This document shows, in pieces, positions 55,019-64,000 of a stretch of 64,000 nucleotides of DNA. The DNA lies in contig AP039709.1 of the NCBI GenBank assembly GCA_051599415.1, positions 186,001-250,000 of the forward strand, read 5' to 3'. Both the position numbers and the translations under genes were made by a program. Below the pieces are notes generated by a model. It did no database searches and was not told the DNA's origin. It saw nothing but the letters and a program-made list of their open reading frames with translations. This DNA comes from Savitreella phatthalungensis (taxonomy: Eukaryota). The stretch's first letter is position 1. The number at the start of each line of letters is the position of its first letter.

Positions 55019-56104
55019 ATGAACATTTCGAAGCTCCTCACTGCGCCAACCAAGCGATACTTTCGCTCAATGAATTTCGACGCCGCTGACATTAACGCGG
55101 CTTACACTCTGCTCACCTTCAGCAAGGGCGATACTCCGAGGCAAATCAACGAGACCGAGCTCGTGATCCCTATCCCTACTGACGACCTCGACGTCGAGAT
55201 TCCGGTGCCGAGTCCCATTGTCGACGATCGAGAGGTCTCTCCCTGCACGCCTAATTCAAGCCGTGCCACCAAGAAGCGTCCCGCTCCAAACTCTGCGGAC
55301 GATGCACATGAGATTCAAGTCCCAGGTCAAGTGCCTGCTCGCAAGCGCCGTCGTCCTGCTGGCCGACGCAATGGTTCAAACTCATCAGCAGAATCCGTGG
55401 CTGGTCCAAGGCCGACCCGCAATTCCAATCCTCCTCTGCCAGTAATCAACAAGAACGCGAAGAGCTCGCAGACCGCCGCTCAAGCCAGCAAGACGCTCTG
55501 CGCGTACATCAAGCACCTTCGCGACGGCTGCGTGCCCGACATGGCCCCTCCTCGTGACGCTATCAATGGGTCGATCTTTTTCACGGCCTCTGACGACCCG
55601 TCGATGCCGAAGAACTTCAAGCCTGAGCTGTCCGAAGGTATCGAGATCGACCCCATCTCGCCGCTTAGCGCCCAAGAGCAGCGCTTCTGCGCAGCATGGA
55701 CTGGCGGCATGTCTCACGAGCGCTACACGCTTGGAAAATTGCGCATCTTCACAGCTCACAGGTGGCGCACGGAGGAGGACGGGCTCTTCCACAACATCGA
55801 GTCTTCCCAGCGCGTCTGCCCCTTCGATGTCAAGGTAGCCTCCGTCCTGCACAAGTGGTACGACTCGATGAAGCTCTTCGACCAGCCGTGGAAGTTGGAG
55901 AACACGCCGGTTCGTCCGATAGGCGCCGTCCGTGTCCCTTCAGACACATGCCCTCAAGGACGTAACGGACGCAACTCCCGCAACCCTATCGAGTTCACGC
56001 CGACGACCACTTCTCTCTCAGTCCTTTCAAAATTTGACCCATGGGGATCGCCTTCGCAAGACCTTCGTGGTCGCGCGTCTCCTGAGCCTTCTGAGGAGAG
56101 CTAG
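55019..56104 (+). CDS. SWIRM-domain protein (Fun19/Laf1-like)
   Basis: LSAQEQRFC...YTLGKLRIF...SQRVCPFDVKVASVLHKWY matches the Fun19-type SWIRM pattern (LHPAE...Y..SKRR.F...AQKAC.IDVNKASRL). Confidence 0.7.
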   Translation: MNISKLLTAPTKRYFRSMNFDAADINAAYTLLTFSKGDTPRQINETELVIPIPTDDLDVEIPVPSPIVDDREVSPCTPNSSRATKKRPAPNSADDAHEIQVPGQVPARKRRRPAGRRNGSNSSAESVAGPRPTRNSNPPLPVINKNAKSSQTAAQASKTLCAYIKHLRDGCVPDMAPPRDAINGSIFFTASDDPSMPKNFKPELSEGIEIDPISPLSAQEQRFCAAWTGGMSHERYTLGKLRIFTAHRWRTEEDGLFHNIESSQRVCPFDVKVASVLHKWYDSMKLFDQPWKLENTPVRPIGAVRVPSDTCPQGRNGRNSRNPIEFTPTTTSLSVLSKFDPWGSPSQDLRGRASPEPSEES

Positions 56105-56230
56105 AACGGTCAAAGCAATGGACCTGCTCGCCAGTATTCGTTACGCCTGGGGACATCCTCACGTACGCAAAGTTTAATTTTCATATGCACCTAAATTGAC
56201 AATAGTAATCCTCGTCACAGACCTCCTCGT

Positions 56231-58324
56231 ATGCTCGATAAATCTCCTGGTGACCGTGGTGAAGCGCTGATATCCACTCTAGAACATCTCTTCCTCACAG
56301 GAGCTCGCTTGAACGGCGATAAGAAACCAACTGTGCGGTGTACTCGCTTGCCCGTGCCAGGCACAACACGGCTCCTCTCGTCATGGCGCTTTATGGAGTT
56401 CTCCTACGGGAAGAAGCCACTGCCCACAGAGGCCCGAGGTCTATTCTCCTTGGACGGCAAGATTGTCGTCCGCGGCTATGACAAGTTCTTCAGCGTTGAT
56501 GAGATCCCTCGGACAAAATGGACGGCGATTGCACAGGACACCGAAGCACCCTATGTCGTCACACTGAAGCAGAACGGCTGTATTATTTTCATCGGTGGTC
56601 TAGAAGACGGGACGCTTCTCGTCACCTCGAAACACAGCATCGGCTCGCGCGAGAATGACACGACGCAATCGCATTCTGACAGAGGCCACTACTGGTTGAA
56701 GAAGCATCTTGCGTCTGTCGGAAAAACCGAGTTCGAACTCGCACAACTCCTGAGCAAGTCCGCCGCCACGGTGGTGTGCGAATTATGCGACGATGAGTTT
56801 GAGGAGCACATTCTGCCGTACTCTAGCGACAAATCCGGTCTCTACCTTCACGGGATCAACGTCAATTCGGAAGTCTTCACCACCTACCCGGCGGAGACGC
56901 TACGGGAATTCGGCAAGATCTGGGGCCTGCGCGTGAATGAGGCAATCGTTAAGAATGATCTGCCCTCTCTGAAGCGCTTCCTCGATGAATGTGCATCAAC
57001 AGGCACCTATGGTGGCAGCGAGCTCGAAGGATTCGTTATTCGTTGCAAGCGTGGAGGCCAAGACTTCTTCTTCAAGTACAAGTTTGAGGAACCATACCTG
57101 CTGTACCGGCAGTGGCGAGAGGCTACGAAGGCCCTGATCGCCGGCAAACGTACGTCGTTCAAGAAGCATGCCGCCATCACGGACAAGTATCTGGATTTCG
57201 TCGAGCCGCTGCTGCATGGGGAGCGCGCCGAGGAGTACCAGCGCAACCACGGGATCATATCATTGAGGGAGGCCTTCCTCGCAGCCCATGGACCAGTCGA
57301 TCTCGCCGCGAAGGATGAGCCACCGCCGAAGACAGTGATTGTGCCTGTCGCGACGATCGGTTGCGGCAAGACCACCGTCGCCCTCGCCCTCCAGCATCTC
57401 TTTGGCTTCGGCCACGTACAGAACGACAACATGAAGGGAGGATTTATTAGGGCTGTGGCGAAGGACCCTGCGAAGGTCGTCATTGCTGACCGCAATAACC
57501 ACATGCGGCACGAACGCGATGCCGTCCTGAAGGGAATGCGTGCCAGATTCATCGCTATGTACTTCGATCAGAACGATGCGGTTCGAAAGGTCGCAGAAGA
57601 GCGCGTGCTCAAGCGCGGCGACAACCATCAAAGTATCCAGCTCACGGATGGCGTTGACCACGTCAAGATGGTGATGAGAGGATTTCACGAGCGTTTCCAG
57701 CCGTTAGACCTGTCGTCGGAGCCGGACTCGCTCTTCGACGGGATCGTGCATTTGGATGCTGCAGCGGGAAGCAGGGTGAATCTCGAAGGTATGTGCGCAT
57801 ATCTGGCAAACGAGGGCTTGGTCCAGATGCCGTCACCGTCAGATATGGACGCCGCAATTCAGGTCGCCCTTGCCTACACACCGACCACGCGCAAGGTCGT
57901 CAAGTCCAAGGTCAACTTCTATGCTCTTGCTCTGGATGACGCCTCATATGCGGCGCTGGTCAGTGCCCTCGATGAACTTGCGTGCCCCATGTGGGCAAAA
58001 CTCCGCGAGGCAAATCGCGTTCAGCCAGAATTTCACGTCACTCTCGTTCACAGTGCCAGCAAGAATAAAGAGCTGTGGAAGAAGGTTGAGACGATCAAGG
58101 GTCAATTCGAGATTGACTGCATCGAAGCTGTGTGGACGGAGGATGTGCTGTGCGTACCTGTGAGAATCACGCTACCGACGACAAATCGGATTGCTCACAT
58201 CACGATAGGCACACGGGAGACTGTCAAAGCCGTCGAGAGTAACAGCGTGCTCGAGCGCGGAGATGGCATCCGTCTACCAATATCTATCAAGCTATCAGGT
58301 ACGGTCAAGCCGTTCTACAGGTAA
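56231..58324 (+). CDS. TRL1: Fungal tRNA ligase (ligase, kinase, cyclic phosphodiesterase)
   Basis: ARGLF, RGYDKFF, motif I KQNG, TSKHS, EGFVIR, FFFKYKFEEPY, P-loop GCGKTT, HVT/HIT 2H motifs. Confidence 0.95.
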   Translation: MLDKSPGDRGEALISTLEHLFLTGARLNGDKKPTVRCTRLPVPGTTRLLSSWRFMEFSYGKKPLPTEARGLFSLDGKIVVRGYDKFFSVDEIPRTKWTAIAQDTEAPYVVTLKQNGCIIFIGGLEDGTLLVTSKHSIGSRENDTTQSHSDRGHYWLKKHLASVGKTEFELAQLLSKSAATVVCELCDDEFEEHILPYSSDKSGLYLHGINVNSEVFTTYPAETLREFGKIWGLRVNEAIVKNDLPSLKRFLDECASTGTYGGSELEGFVIRCKRGGQDFFFKYKFEEPYLLYRQWREATKALIAGKRTSFKKHAAITDKYLDFVEPLLHGERAEEYQRNHGIISLREAFLAAHGPVDLAAKDEPPPKTVIVPVATIGCGKTTVALALQHLFGFGHVQNDNMKGGFIRAVAKDPAKVVIADRNNHMRHERDAVLKGMRARFIAMYFDQNDAVRKVAEERVLKRGDNHQSIQLTDGVDHVKMVMRGFHERFQPLDLSSEPDSLFDGIVHLDAAAGSRVNLEGMCAYLANEGLVQMPSPSDMDAAIQVALAYTPTTRKVVKSKVNFYALALDDASYAALVSALDELACPMWAKLREANRVQPEFHVTLVHSASKNKELWKKVETIKGQFEIDCIEAVWTEDVLCVPVRITLPTTNRIAHITIGTRETVKAVESNSVLERGDGIRLPISIKLSGTVKPFYR

Positions 58325-61151
58325 TAACATGACGCTCCTCCCATGTTGCGATGCATTTGTCCAGCACTTCCATTGTGACTGGAGGGGTGTTGGGTAGAGA
58401 ACTCGTGAAAGGCGTTTCTGGCTTCGGGTCTTTGTATTGCGCCCGCCACAATGGCAACATGCCTCGCGACGGGTCTTCCTCAGGCAGCCTCTCGACCTGC
58501 TCAACCCAGTCCAGCGGCGCCGTCCTTTTCCCACCGATGCAGTCCATGACTAGATCCCAGGTAGTGGAGGTATCAGCGCTCACGATGTGGTAGACCAAGT
58601 CAGACGGATTTTTCATGATGTCGATGATCGACTCGGCGGCAGTGTCCACAGGCAGCCAGGAGAGTCCTCCTGGCAATTCTGGGACACTGCCAACCTTACG
58701 ACTTGCAGCGAAGAGCAATGGCCAGCCTTCGCGCTCCGACCAGACGCCGTGTCTCGTGTCACCGTAGAGCTGCCCAATCCTGAGGATGTGGACATCACAG
58801 ACGGCTGCATACGATGCAGTGACTTGCTCTGCAACCCATTTGGACCGTGCGTAGCCGACACCGGCGGAGACGGCAGGGTCGTCGTACAATTGCGGAAGCA
58901 CTGGCGCGCGTGCGTTGCCGGCTGCAGCAGTGGAAGAGCAGAAGAAGAATGTGCTGCCGTAGCGCGTGGCCAACTGAAGCAATGCGGCCAGATCCTTCAG
59001 CGAGTCTTCGAATGAGGGCAAACCAGCGTTGAAATTCACCGGCCAGGCGCAGTGAATAATAATTGAAGGTCGAACATCGTCAAGTGAGGTGATGTATTGT
59101 ACATCTGGAGGATCGATCTTACGATAGGCGTATGTTTCAGCCATCCTTTCCACTGCTCCACGGACAAAGCCGACGGCAGGAATCCCGCGATTGGCTAGGA
59201 CGCGCAACAGATGAGAGCCTAACCCGCCAGTGCAGCCGGTGACCAGTACTGGTCCATCAGACAATTTCTGTTCCAACTTGCCCTCTGTGTAAACGTAGCG
59301 CTTGGCCATAGCGCGCATCTCCTCGAGCGGATCCCTAGAGCTCTCATCACCGCCTCGCTTCCTCAGGATGTATGCAGCGAGTCTGCGCGCGCTTGGCTCT
59401 TCGTAAACGATGTTGCTAGGCAACTTGACCGCGAGCTCGCGAGAAAGCGCCGCGCCTATCCGTGCAGACCTGATGGAGTTGATGCCTGCATTGAAGAGGT
59501 CGTCATCCAGTCCGACAGGCTTGCCGAGCTCGCATACGCGGTCGAGCACGTATCGCTCGAGATCATCATCGTCCACGTCCACCTGTTTGCCGTTGTCATA
59601 GGCGGCCTCGATTTCTCGCTCGAACTTGGTGTATGTGCCCTTGCGGAAGACCGTTCCCTTGGGCGTCTTCATGAAATCGACGTCGCGTGGCAAAATGACA
59701 ATCATGTCGCGGTAAAGTTGCGAATGCGAAGGAACGGTGGCGTTATAGCGCTCGATCTCGGGCCACAATTTCTCCAAGAGCTCTTCCCTTCGGAGCGTTC
59801 CTTCCAGCACCAGCGCACCGATATGATTCTTGCCGACGCCGAAGACTAGGCCGTTGCGAATATAAGGCAGGCCACGGAGGAGACCCTCGAGGGCTTTGGG
59901 ATCCGCTTTCTTGCCACTCTCAAGTGTGATGACATCGTCATTCCGTCCGAGGTATCGCCATGCGTGCGGCGTCGTTGGGTGAGGCTCAAAAAGGTCTCCA
60001 CTTCGATATGAACCTTCGTGGTTAGGCTTGACGGCCAGCGCGGGCCATGCAGCGTGGATCTCCAATTCGTATGCTCCGCCTTCCCGCTCGAGCCATCTGA
60101 AGTGACGACCACCAGGCTCGCTGCGCAGGAAGTCCCAGTCCGGGTCGTCTCGCGGCCGCCAACTGGACATCAAGAAACCACACTCACTCGAGCCCATGCG
60201 GGAAACGAGAAATACGCCTGCACGAGTCATGTCGTCGCCCGTTTGTTTTGGTAAAGGTGCGCCCCCGACGCCAACCATGTCAAGCCGAGCCATCATGGCT
60301 AATCCGCGTTCGTCCTCCGCCAACATCTTCGCGATGTAGGGAACGCAGCTCAGAGCCTGTACAGGTCTACCGAGCTTCTCCTCACAGCACGCATGTGCAG
60401 CCAGCACGTGTTCTGTCGTAATGCTCACATTGTCAGGAAAGATGAACAGCGGGGCGTTGGAGCACATGCTTCTGCACAAGTCGGCCGAACCGCCAGTATT
60501 GAGCGGAGTCGTGGTCAATGTTGCGAGGTCGCTCGGGATGTGCGCGTTCACAGTCGTCAGATGACGATGCGCTGTTGGCAGCGGCTTTGGTAGCCCGCTG
60601 GTCGTTCCACTAGAGTGATAGACGATTCCTGGAAGGTCGCGCTCTTGCGCTGCTGTCAGTGGTCGTTTGAACTTGGTTTCCTGGACCATGCCATCTCGCC
60701 AGAGCTTCGACGGCGGCAGCGGTCGAGCACCCTCAATGTCCAATGTGCTGATGATAGTCTTGACCTCGAGAAGCTCACACAGGTGCGAGATGACCTTTGT
60801 GGTCTGTTGCGGAGTGATTTGCAGGGCGGAGTGTCCGAGTCGCTGTACCGCCAGCATGGTGAACATCAGATCAAGATTTGAAGGTGCCACCAGGGCGACC
60901 GTCTGCCCCGGCTTGCCGAGGACATCTTTCAACTCCTCACATACCGCATTGACCCCGTGCAATACCTCCTTGTAGGTGTACAACTCGCATGACCACACTC
61001 CATTCAGCAGAGAGGGCTGGCCGATGATGGGTCCGTGAAACGTCTCGGCTCGTTCTTCTATCAGCTGATTGAGCGAGTCGATTCCACTTGGATGCCGCTC
61101 GTTATAGAGTTCTGCAGGCCCTCCTGAATAACAGAGATACGGCCTTGACAT
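58305..61151 (-). CDS. NRPS-like A-T-R enzyme (carboxylic acid reductase type)
   Basis: A domain HSSGTTSGLPKP, GSSECG, SGDLF, GRNDD. T domain DLFNAGINS. R domain TGCTGGLG, WPVNF, GYARSKW, RIGQ. Confidence 0.9.
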   Translation of the reverse strand: MSRPYLCYSGGPAELYNERHPSGIDSLNQLIEERAETFHGPIIGQPSLLNGVWSCELYTYKEVLHGVNAVCEELKDVLGKPGQTVALVAPSNLDLMFTMLAVQRLGHSALQITPQQTTKVISHLCELLEVKTIISTLDIEGARPLPPSKLWRDGMVQETKFKRPLTAAQERDLPGIVYHSSGTTSGLPKPLPTAHRHLTTVNAHIPSDLATLTTTPLNTGGSADLCRSMCSNAPLFIFPDNVSITTEHVLAAHACCEEKLGRPVQALSCVPYIAKMLAEDERGLAMMARLDMVGVGGAPLPKQTGDDMTRAGVFLVSRMGSSECGFLMSSWRPRDDPDWDFLRSEPGGRHFRWLEREGGAYELEIHAAWPALAVKPNHEGSYRSGDLFEPHPTTPHAWRYLGRNDDVITLESGKKADPKALEGLLRGLPYIRNGLVFGVGKNHIGALVLEGTLRREELLEKLWPEIERYNATVPSHSQLYRDMIVILPRDVDFMKTPKGTVFRKGTYTKFEREIEAAYDNGKQVDVDDDDLERYVLDRVCELGKPVGLDDDLFNAGINSIRSARIGAALSRELAVKLPSNIVYEEPSARRLAAYILRKRGGDESSRDPLEEMRAMAKRYVYTEGKLEQKLSDGPVLVTGCTGGLGSHLLRVLANRGIPAVGFVRGAVERMAETYAYRKIDPPDVQYITSLDDVRPSIIIHCAWPVNFNAGLPSFEDSLKDLAALLQLATRYGSTFFFCSSTAAAGNARAPVLPQLYDDPAVSAGVGYARSKWVAEQVTASYAAVCDVHILRIGQLYGDTRHGVWSEREGWPLLFAASRKVGSVPELPGGLSWLPVDTAAESIIDIMKNPSDLVYHIVSADTSTTWDLVMDCIGGKRTAPLDWVEQVERLPEEDPSRGMLPLWRAQYKDPKPETPFTSSLPNTPPVTMEVLDKCIATWEERHVITCRTA

Positions 61152-61208
61152 CCTGCGTGCAGTCGGAGTATCTAAAAAATGTCGTCATCATGTTTTTTTG
61201 TTTAGCAC
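61152..61208. promoter_or_regulatory. 57-bp divergent intergenic region, presumed bidirectional promoter
   Basis: Lies between the ATGs at 61151 (-) and 61209 (+). A-tract / TGTCGTCATCATG / T-tract arrangement. Confidence 0.55.
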
Positions 61209-62264
61209 ATGCGATTGACGGTGCTCGGAAGCTCCTGCGCACAGCAGACCCTCACACGGGGTCAGACAGCGTTCGCACTCAGAGTTCATAAGGGAGTGTA
61301 TCTATTTGACTGTGGAAGCTCGACAGGCACTGCTCTGCTGAAGGCTGGGATCTCTCATAGCTCAATCAATAAGGTCTTTGTCACACACATGCATGCTGAT
61401 CACGTCTCTGGACTTCCGGGTCTTCTAGTGGATATTTTGGGTGGTCATGGTGGCACGCAGTCGGATTGCGAAGCAGGCGTTGCGCGTGCTCATGTGCGCG
61501 GCCCACTCGATGTGTATGGCCCGCGCGGCATTACAGAGTATTTGCGGACATCGTGGCGTACGACTTATTCCTCGCTTGCCGCTCACGTGCGGATACATGA
61601 GCTATTGTGGGAAGGGGAATTGCCAAGTGGAGGTAAGCCTGTCGCAAACGAGCTAGAGGTGCCTCCTCTGAGGATGACCGGTGGCAGGTGGACGCTCGAG
61701 GACGTCGAAGCTGCGCCAATCAAGCACACCGTGCCGTGCTTGGGTTACGTTGTTCGAGAGCGATCTATTCCGCGAGAGGTGGCAATGACTATCAAACAGA
61801 CTCACAAAGACCCACAGAAGGCACTACGTCGTCTGAAAGCAGGGCACGCTGTGGACGACCACAAGGCGGAAGAGACGCAGGTCGTCATTTTGGGCGACAC
61901 GAGTGACGCATCTGGCATGCTAGAGCTTCTGACAGGCCCTGTAGCTCTGCTTGTTCACGAATCGACAAATGCATGGCTAGGAGATGGCACGATGGAAAAG
62001 GTCCGAGCGCGAGCGGCGTCACGCGGCCACTCTACACCTGAGGTAGCCGGAGCGCTCGCTCGGCGGATGAATGCGAAGAAGCTCGTGCTGTGCCACTTTT
62101 CCTCACGATATCCAGGCGACGTGAGGCACAAACCGATGATGCAGCAGTTCGAGCATCTAGCGAGGCTAGGTGACGAGGCCACGGAAGATGCTGTGCATGC
62201 GGGACTCGACAGAGATGGGCTCAAGGTAATTGCATCGTGGGACGGCATGAGTGTAGACGTGTAG
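61209..62264 (+). CDS. Short-form RNase Z (tRNase ZS / ELAC1-like metallo-beta-lactamase)
   Basis: LGS...TRG, LFDCG, THMHADHVSG, HTVPCLGY, LGDT, HEST, GHST, HFSSRY in a single 351-aa domain. Confidence 0.9.
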   Translation: MRLTVLGSSCAQQTLTRGQTAFALRVHKGVYLFDCGSSTGTALLKAGISHSSINKVFVTHMHADHVSGLPGLLVDILGGHGGTQSDCEAGVARAHVRGPLDVYGPRGITEYLRTSWRTTYSSLAAHVRIHELLWEGELPSGGKPVANELEVPPLRMTGGRWTLEDVEAAPIKHTVPCLGYVVRERSIPREVAMTIKQTHKDPQKALRRLKAGHAVDDHKAEETQVVILGDTSDASGMLELLTGPVALLVHESTNAWLGDGTMEKVRARAASRGHSTPEVAGALARRMNAKKLVLCHFSSRYPGDVRHKPMMQQFEHLARLGDEATEDAVHAGLDRDGLKVIASWDGMSVDV

Positions 62265-62280
62265 ACCTCTAATTTCCAGA

Positions 62281-63039
62281 CTATCGTTCAGCTAATTCCT
62301 GCACCACAACAGCAAGCTTCTGCTGCAGATACGTGATACTCTGCCGCATCACCTCATTACACGGGATCTGGCCCACCGTCTCGATGTCGAAGTAGAATTT
62401 CTCGGGCTCGCGGTTGTAGTCATACTCCTGCGGCTCTTCCCAACCTGCGTTCCGGCTCAAGGGCCACTCCGCCGCTGCATCTTCCTCGTACCAGTATTCT
62501 GTGTGCTTGAGGGAATTATGCGGGTCGTACTCGAATCCGACAGCAGAGACTGGCGCGAACTTTGCGTGCTCCTTTGCCACTCCTTTCTTCGCAATACACC
62601 GTAACCGGATCTCCTGCTCTCTCCGTAATTTGGCCAACAAAATCCCCGGCAGCGGTGTGCCAAACTCCCCAGATGCATTACTGCTCACCAGCATGTCACT
62701 TGTCACGTTCATCGTGCTGTCATCAGTGCAGCGCGCGTGCAGATCCAGTACAATCGCGCATTTGTCGCAGTACTGCTCACAGTCGCAATCACGCGTATAC
62801 TGCAGCCGCCGATCGATATCCTCAGAATGTAATGGAACAAGGCCTAGCCTGTGGGCAAGGAATTCGTCTGGTATTACCGAGCTATTGCGCTCAATCTCGA
62901 CCAGATCGATGGCTACCGTCGGAATCTCCGCCTGCATGATCCGGCGAACGCTGTTGGCCAGCGCCAGGTCCACCCCGGACATGACGAATTGTACATTGTC
63001 TGGCGCGAGCGTTTGAATGGTGATCGAGGGGGTGGTCAT
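62281..63039 (-). CDS. RPB3: RNA polymerase II subunit Rpb3
   Basis: LANSVRRIMQAEIPTVAIDLV, DEFLAHRLGLVPL, CDCEQYCDKC, AKKGVAKEHAK, FEYDP. Likely start MTTPSI. Confidence 0.97.
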   Translation of the reverse strand: MTTPSITIQTLAPDNVQFVMSGVDLALANSVRRIMQAEIPTVAIDLVEIERNSSVIPDEFLAHRLGLVPLHSEDIDRRLQYTRDCDCEQYCDKCAIVLDLHARCTDDSTMNVTSDMLVSSNASGEFGTPLPGILLAKLRREQEIRLRCIAKKGVAKEHAKFAPVSAVGFEYDPHNSLKHTEYWYEEDAAAEWPLSRNAGWEEPQEYDYNREPEKFYFDIETVGQIPCNEVMRQSITYLQQKLAVVVQELAER

Positions 63040-64000
63040 CGCGCGGCTTATGACATGGAGCGGTCTGTATCTCTTGTGCCCCTGCTCGTGCTTGTGCGGG
63101 CGTTCGTGCTCGTGATCGAGTAGAGATCTTGAAGCAAATCTGATCTCACAGATTTCCTGAACGCAGAGAATTACGATCTCCAAGACTAACTCACGGAGAA
63201 TCGAATTTCAGGTTTACAAAGTCTTGCGCATGCACGCCGCACGCTGCACACTATAAATCCAGGACCCGATGTCCACGTCGCGCGAGCCTTATGCGATGCC
63301 GGATGTCGAGTCGTTGAATTGAGACTCGGGCCGCCAGTGCCGTTATTCTGGCTGCTTGCTGCTGCTTCCGGCTGGCTGTACCGATCTGCTCACACAAGCG
63401 AGGACGAACTCCATAGTGATCGAGAGAGAAAGGACTATTCACGGAAAAACCATAGACCTCTGCATCGTCCAATGATGTGCGCTGGCAATCTCTGGAAAAT
63501 GTGCAGGGCCGCCCAGTCTCTACTTCATCGATGATATAAATTCTACTCTACGGTATCTTTTTTGGTATCATGTGTACAGTGTCTTGTGTGGAGGCCGACG
63601 TGAGGACAGCTTGCCCATGAATTCTGAATGATGAATCCTGGACTTGCCGCCGATGATGTCTCCAGTGTCGCCGACCTATCCATCACTCTCTCTGCCGATG
63701 CTGACTAACAATCCTCTTAATGCTGCCGCCAGCTGACCCTGCCATATCTGCCAAATTGGCAAATCGTGGACAGGCAGGGACTCAATCGAGGCAACAACAC
63801 AGTCGAGCTCCGCGCATCAGTCAAGACGACCTGTACGGCGACGTGTTGATGCCAAATAATCGATCGAGAAGAACCTGGGCGAGGGAGGACGCTTAATTGC
63901 TCGAACACAGAGCTTTTTTAAAACCTGTTTCGTTTTTCGTGCCTGATCCGACAGATTTCCCCGCGTGCGTACGTACACAAACCAGATCGATCGATGATCA

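Noticed and set aside
63184..64000. Short ORFs at the right edge
   Set aside because: Under 75 aa with no motifs; probably intergenic.

Overview
Eukaryotic fungal chromosomal DNA, probably an intron-poor ascomycete of Taphrinomycotina-like character (inferred from gene content and protein style, not established). It holds about 37 protein-coding genes, each readable as one uninterrupted ORF. Most are housekeeping: RasGEF (partial), Nto1, cystinosin, Bet2, GH63-like, eIF3a, G-protein gamma, ceramidase, Arc1, Agc1, Sec31, PAC2, Cpt1/Ept1, cytochrome c, Get2, Dic1, Cox11, Trl1 and Rpb3. There are also accessory enzymes (AKR, lipase, CE16-like esterase, polyol dehydrogenase, NRPS-like A-T-R reductase) and several orphans. 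I recognised no tRNA, rRNA, CRISPR array or transposon. Best leads: (1) a ~120-bp inverted copy of the start of a SWIRM-domain gene placed just upstream of it; (2) two ~85-aa membrane-type ORFs joined by an ATGA stop/start overlap; (3) a 153-codon AUG-less in-frame extension upstream of an uncharacterised gene; (4) a short-form RNase Z sitting 57 bp head-to-head with an NRPS-like gene that overlaps TRL1; (5) a 31-bp minisatellite, recurrent promoter motifs and candidate 5'UTR-only introns. All calls come from manual motif recognition; no searches were run.
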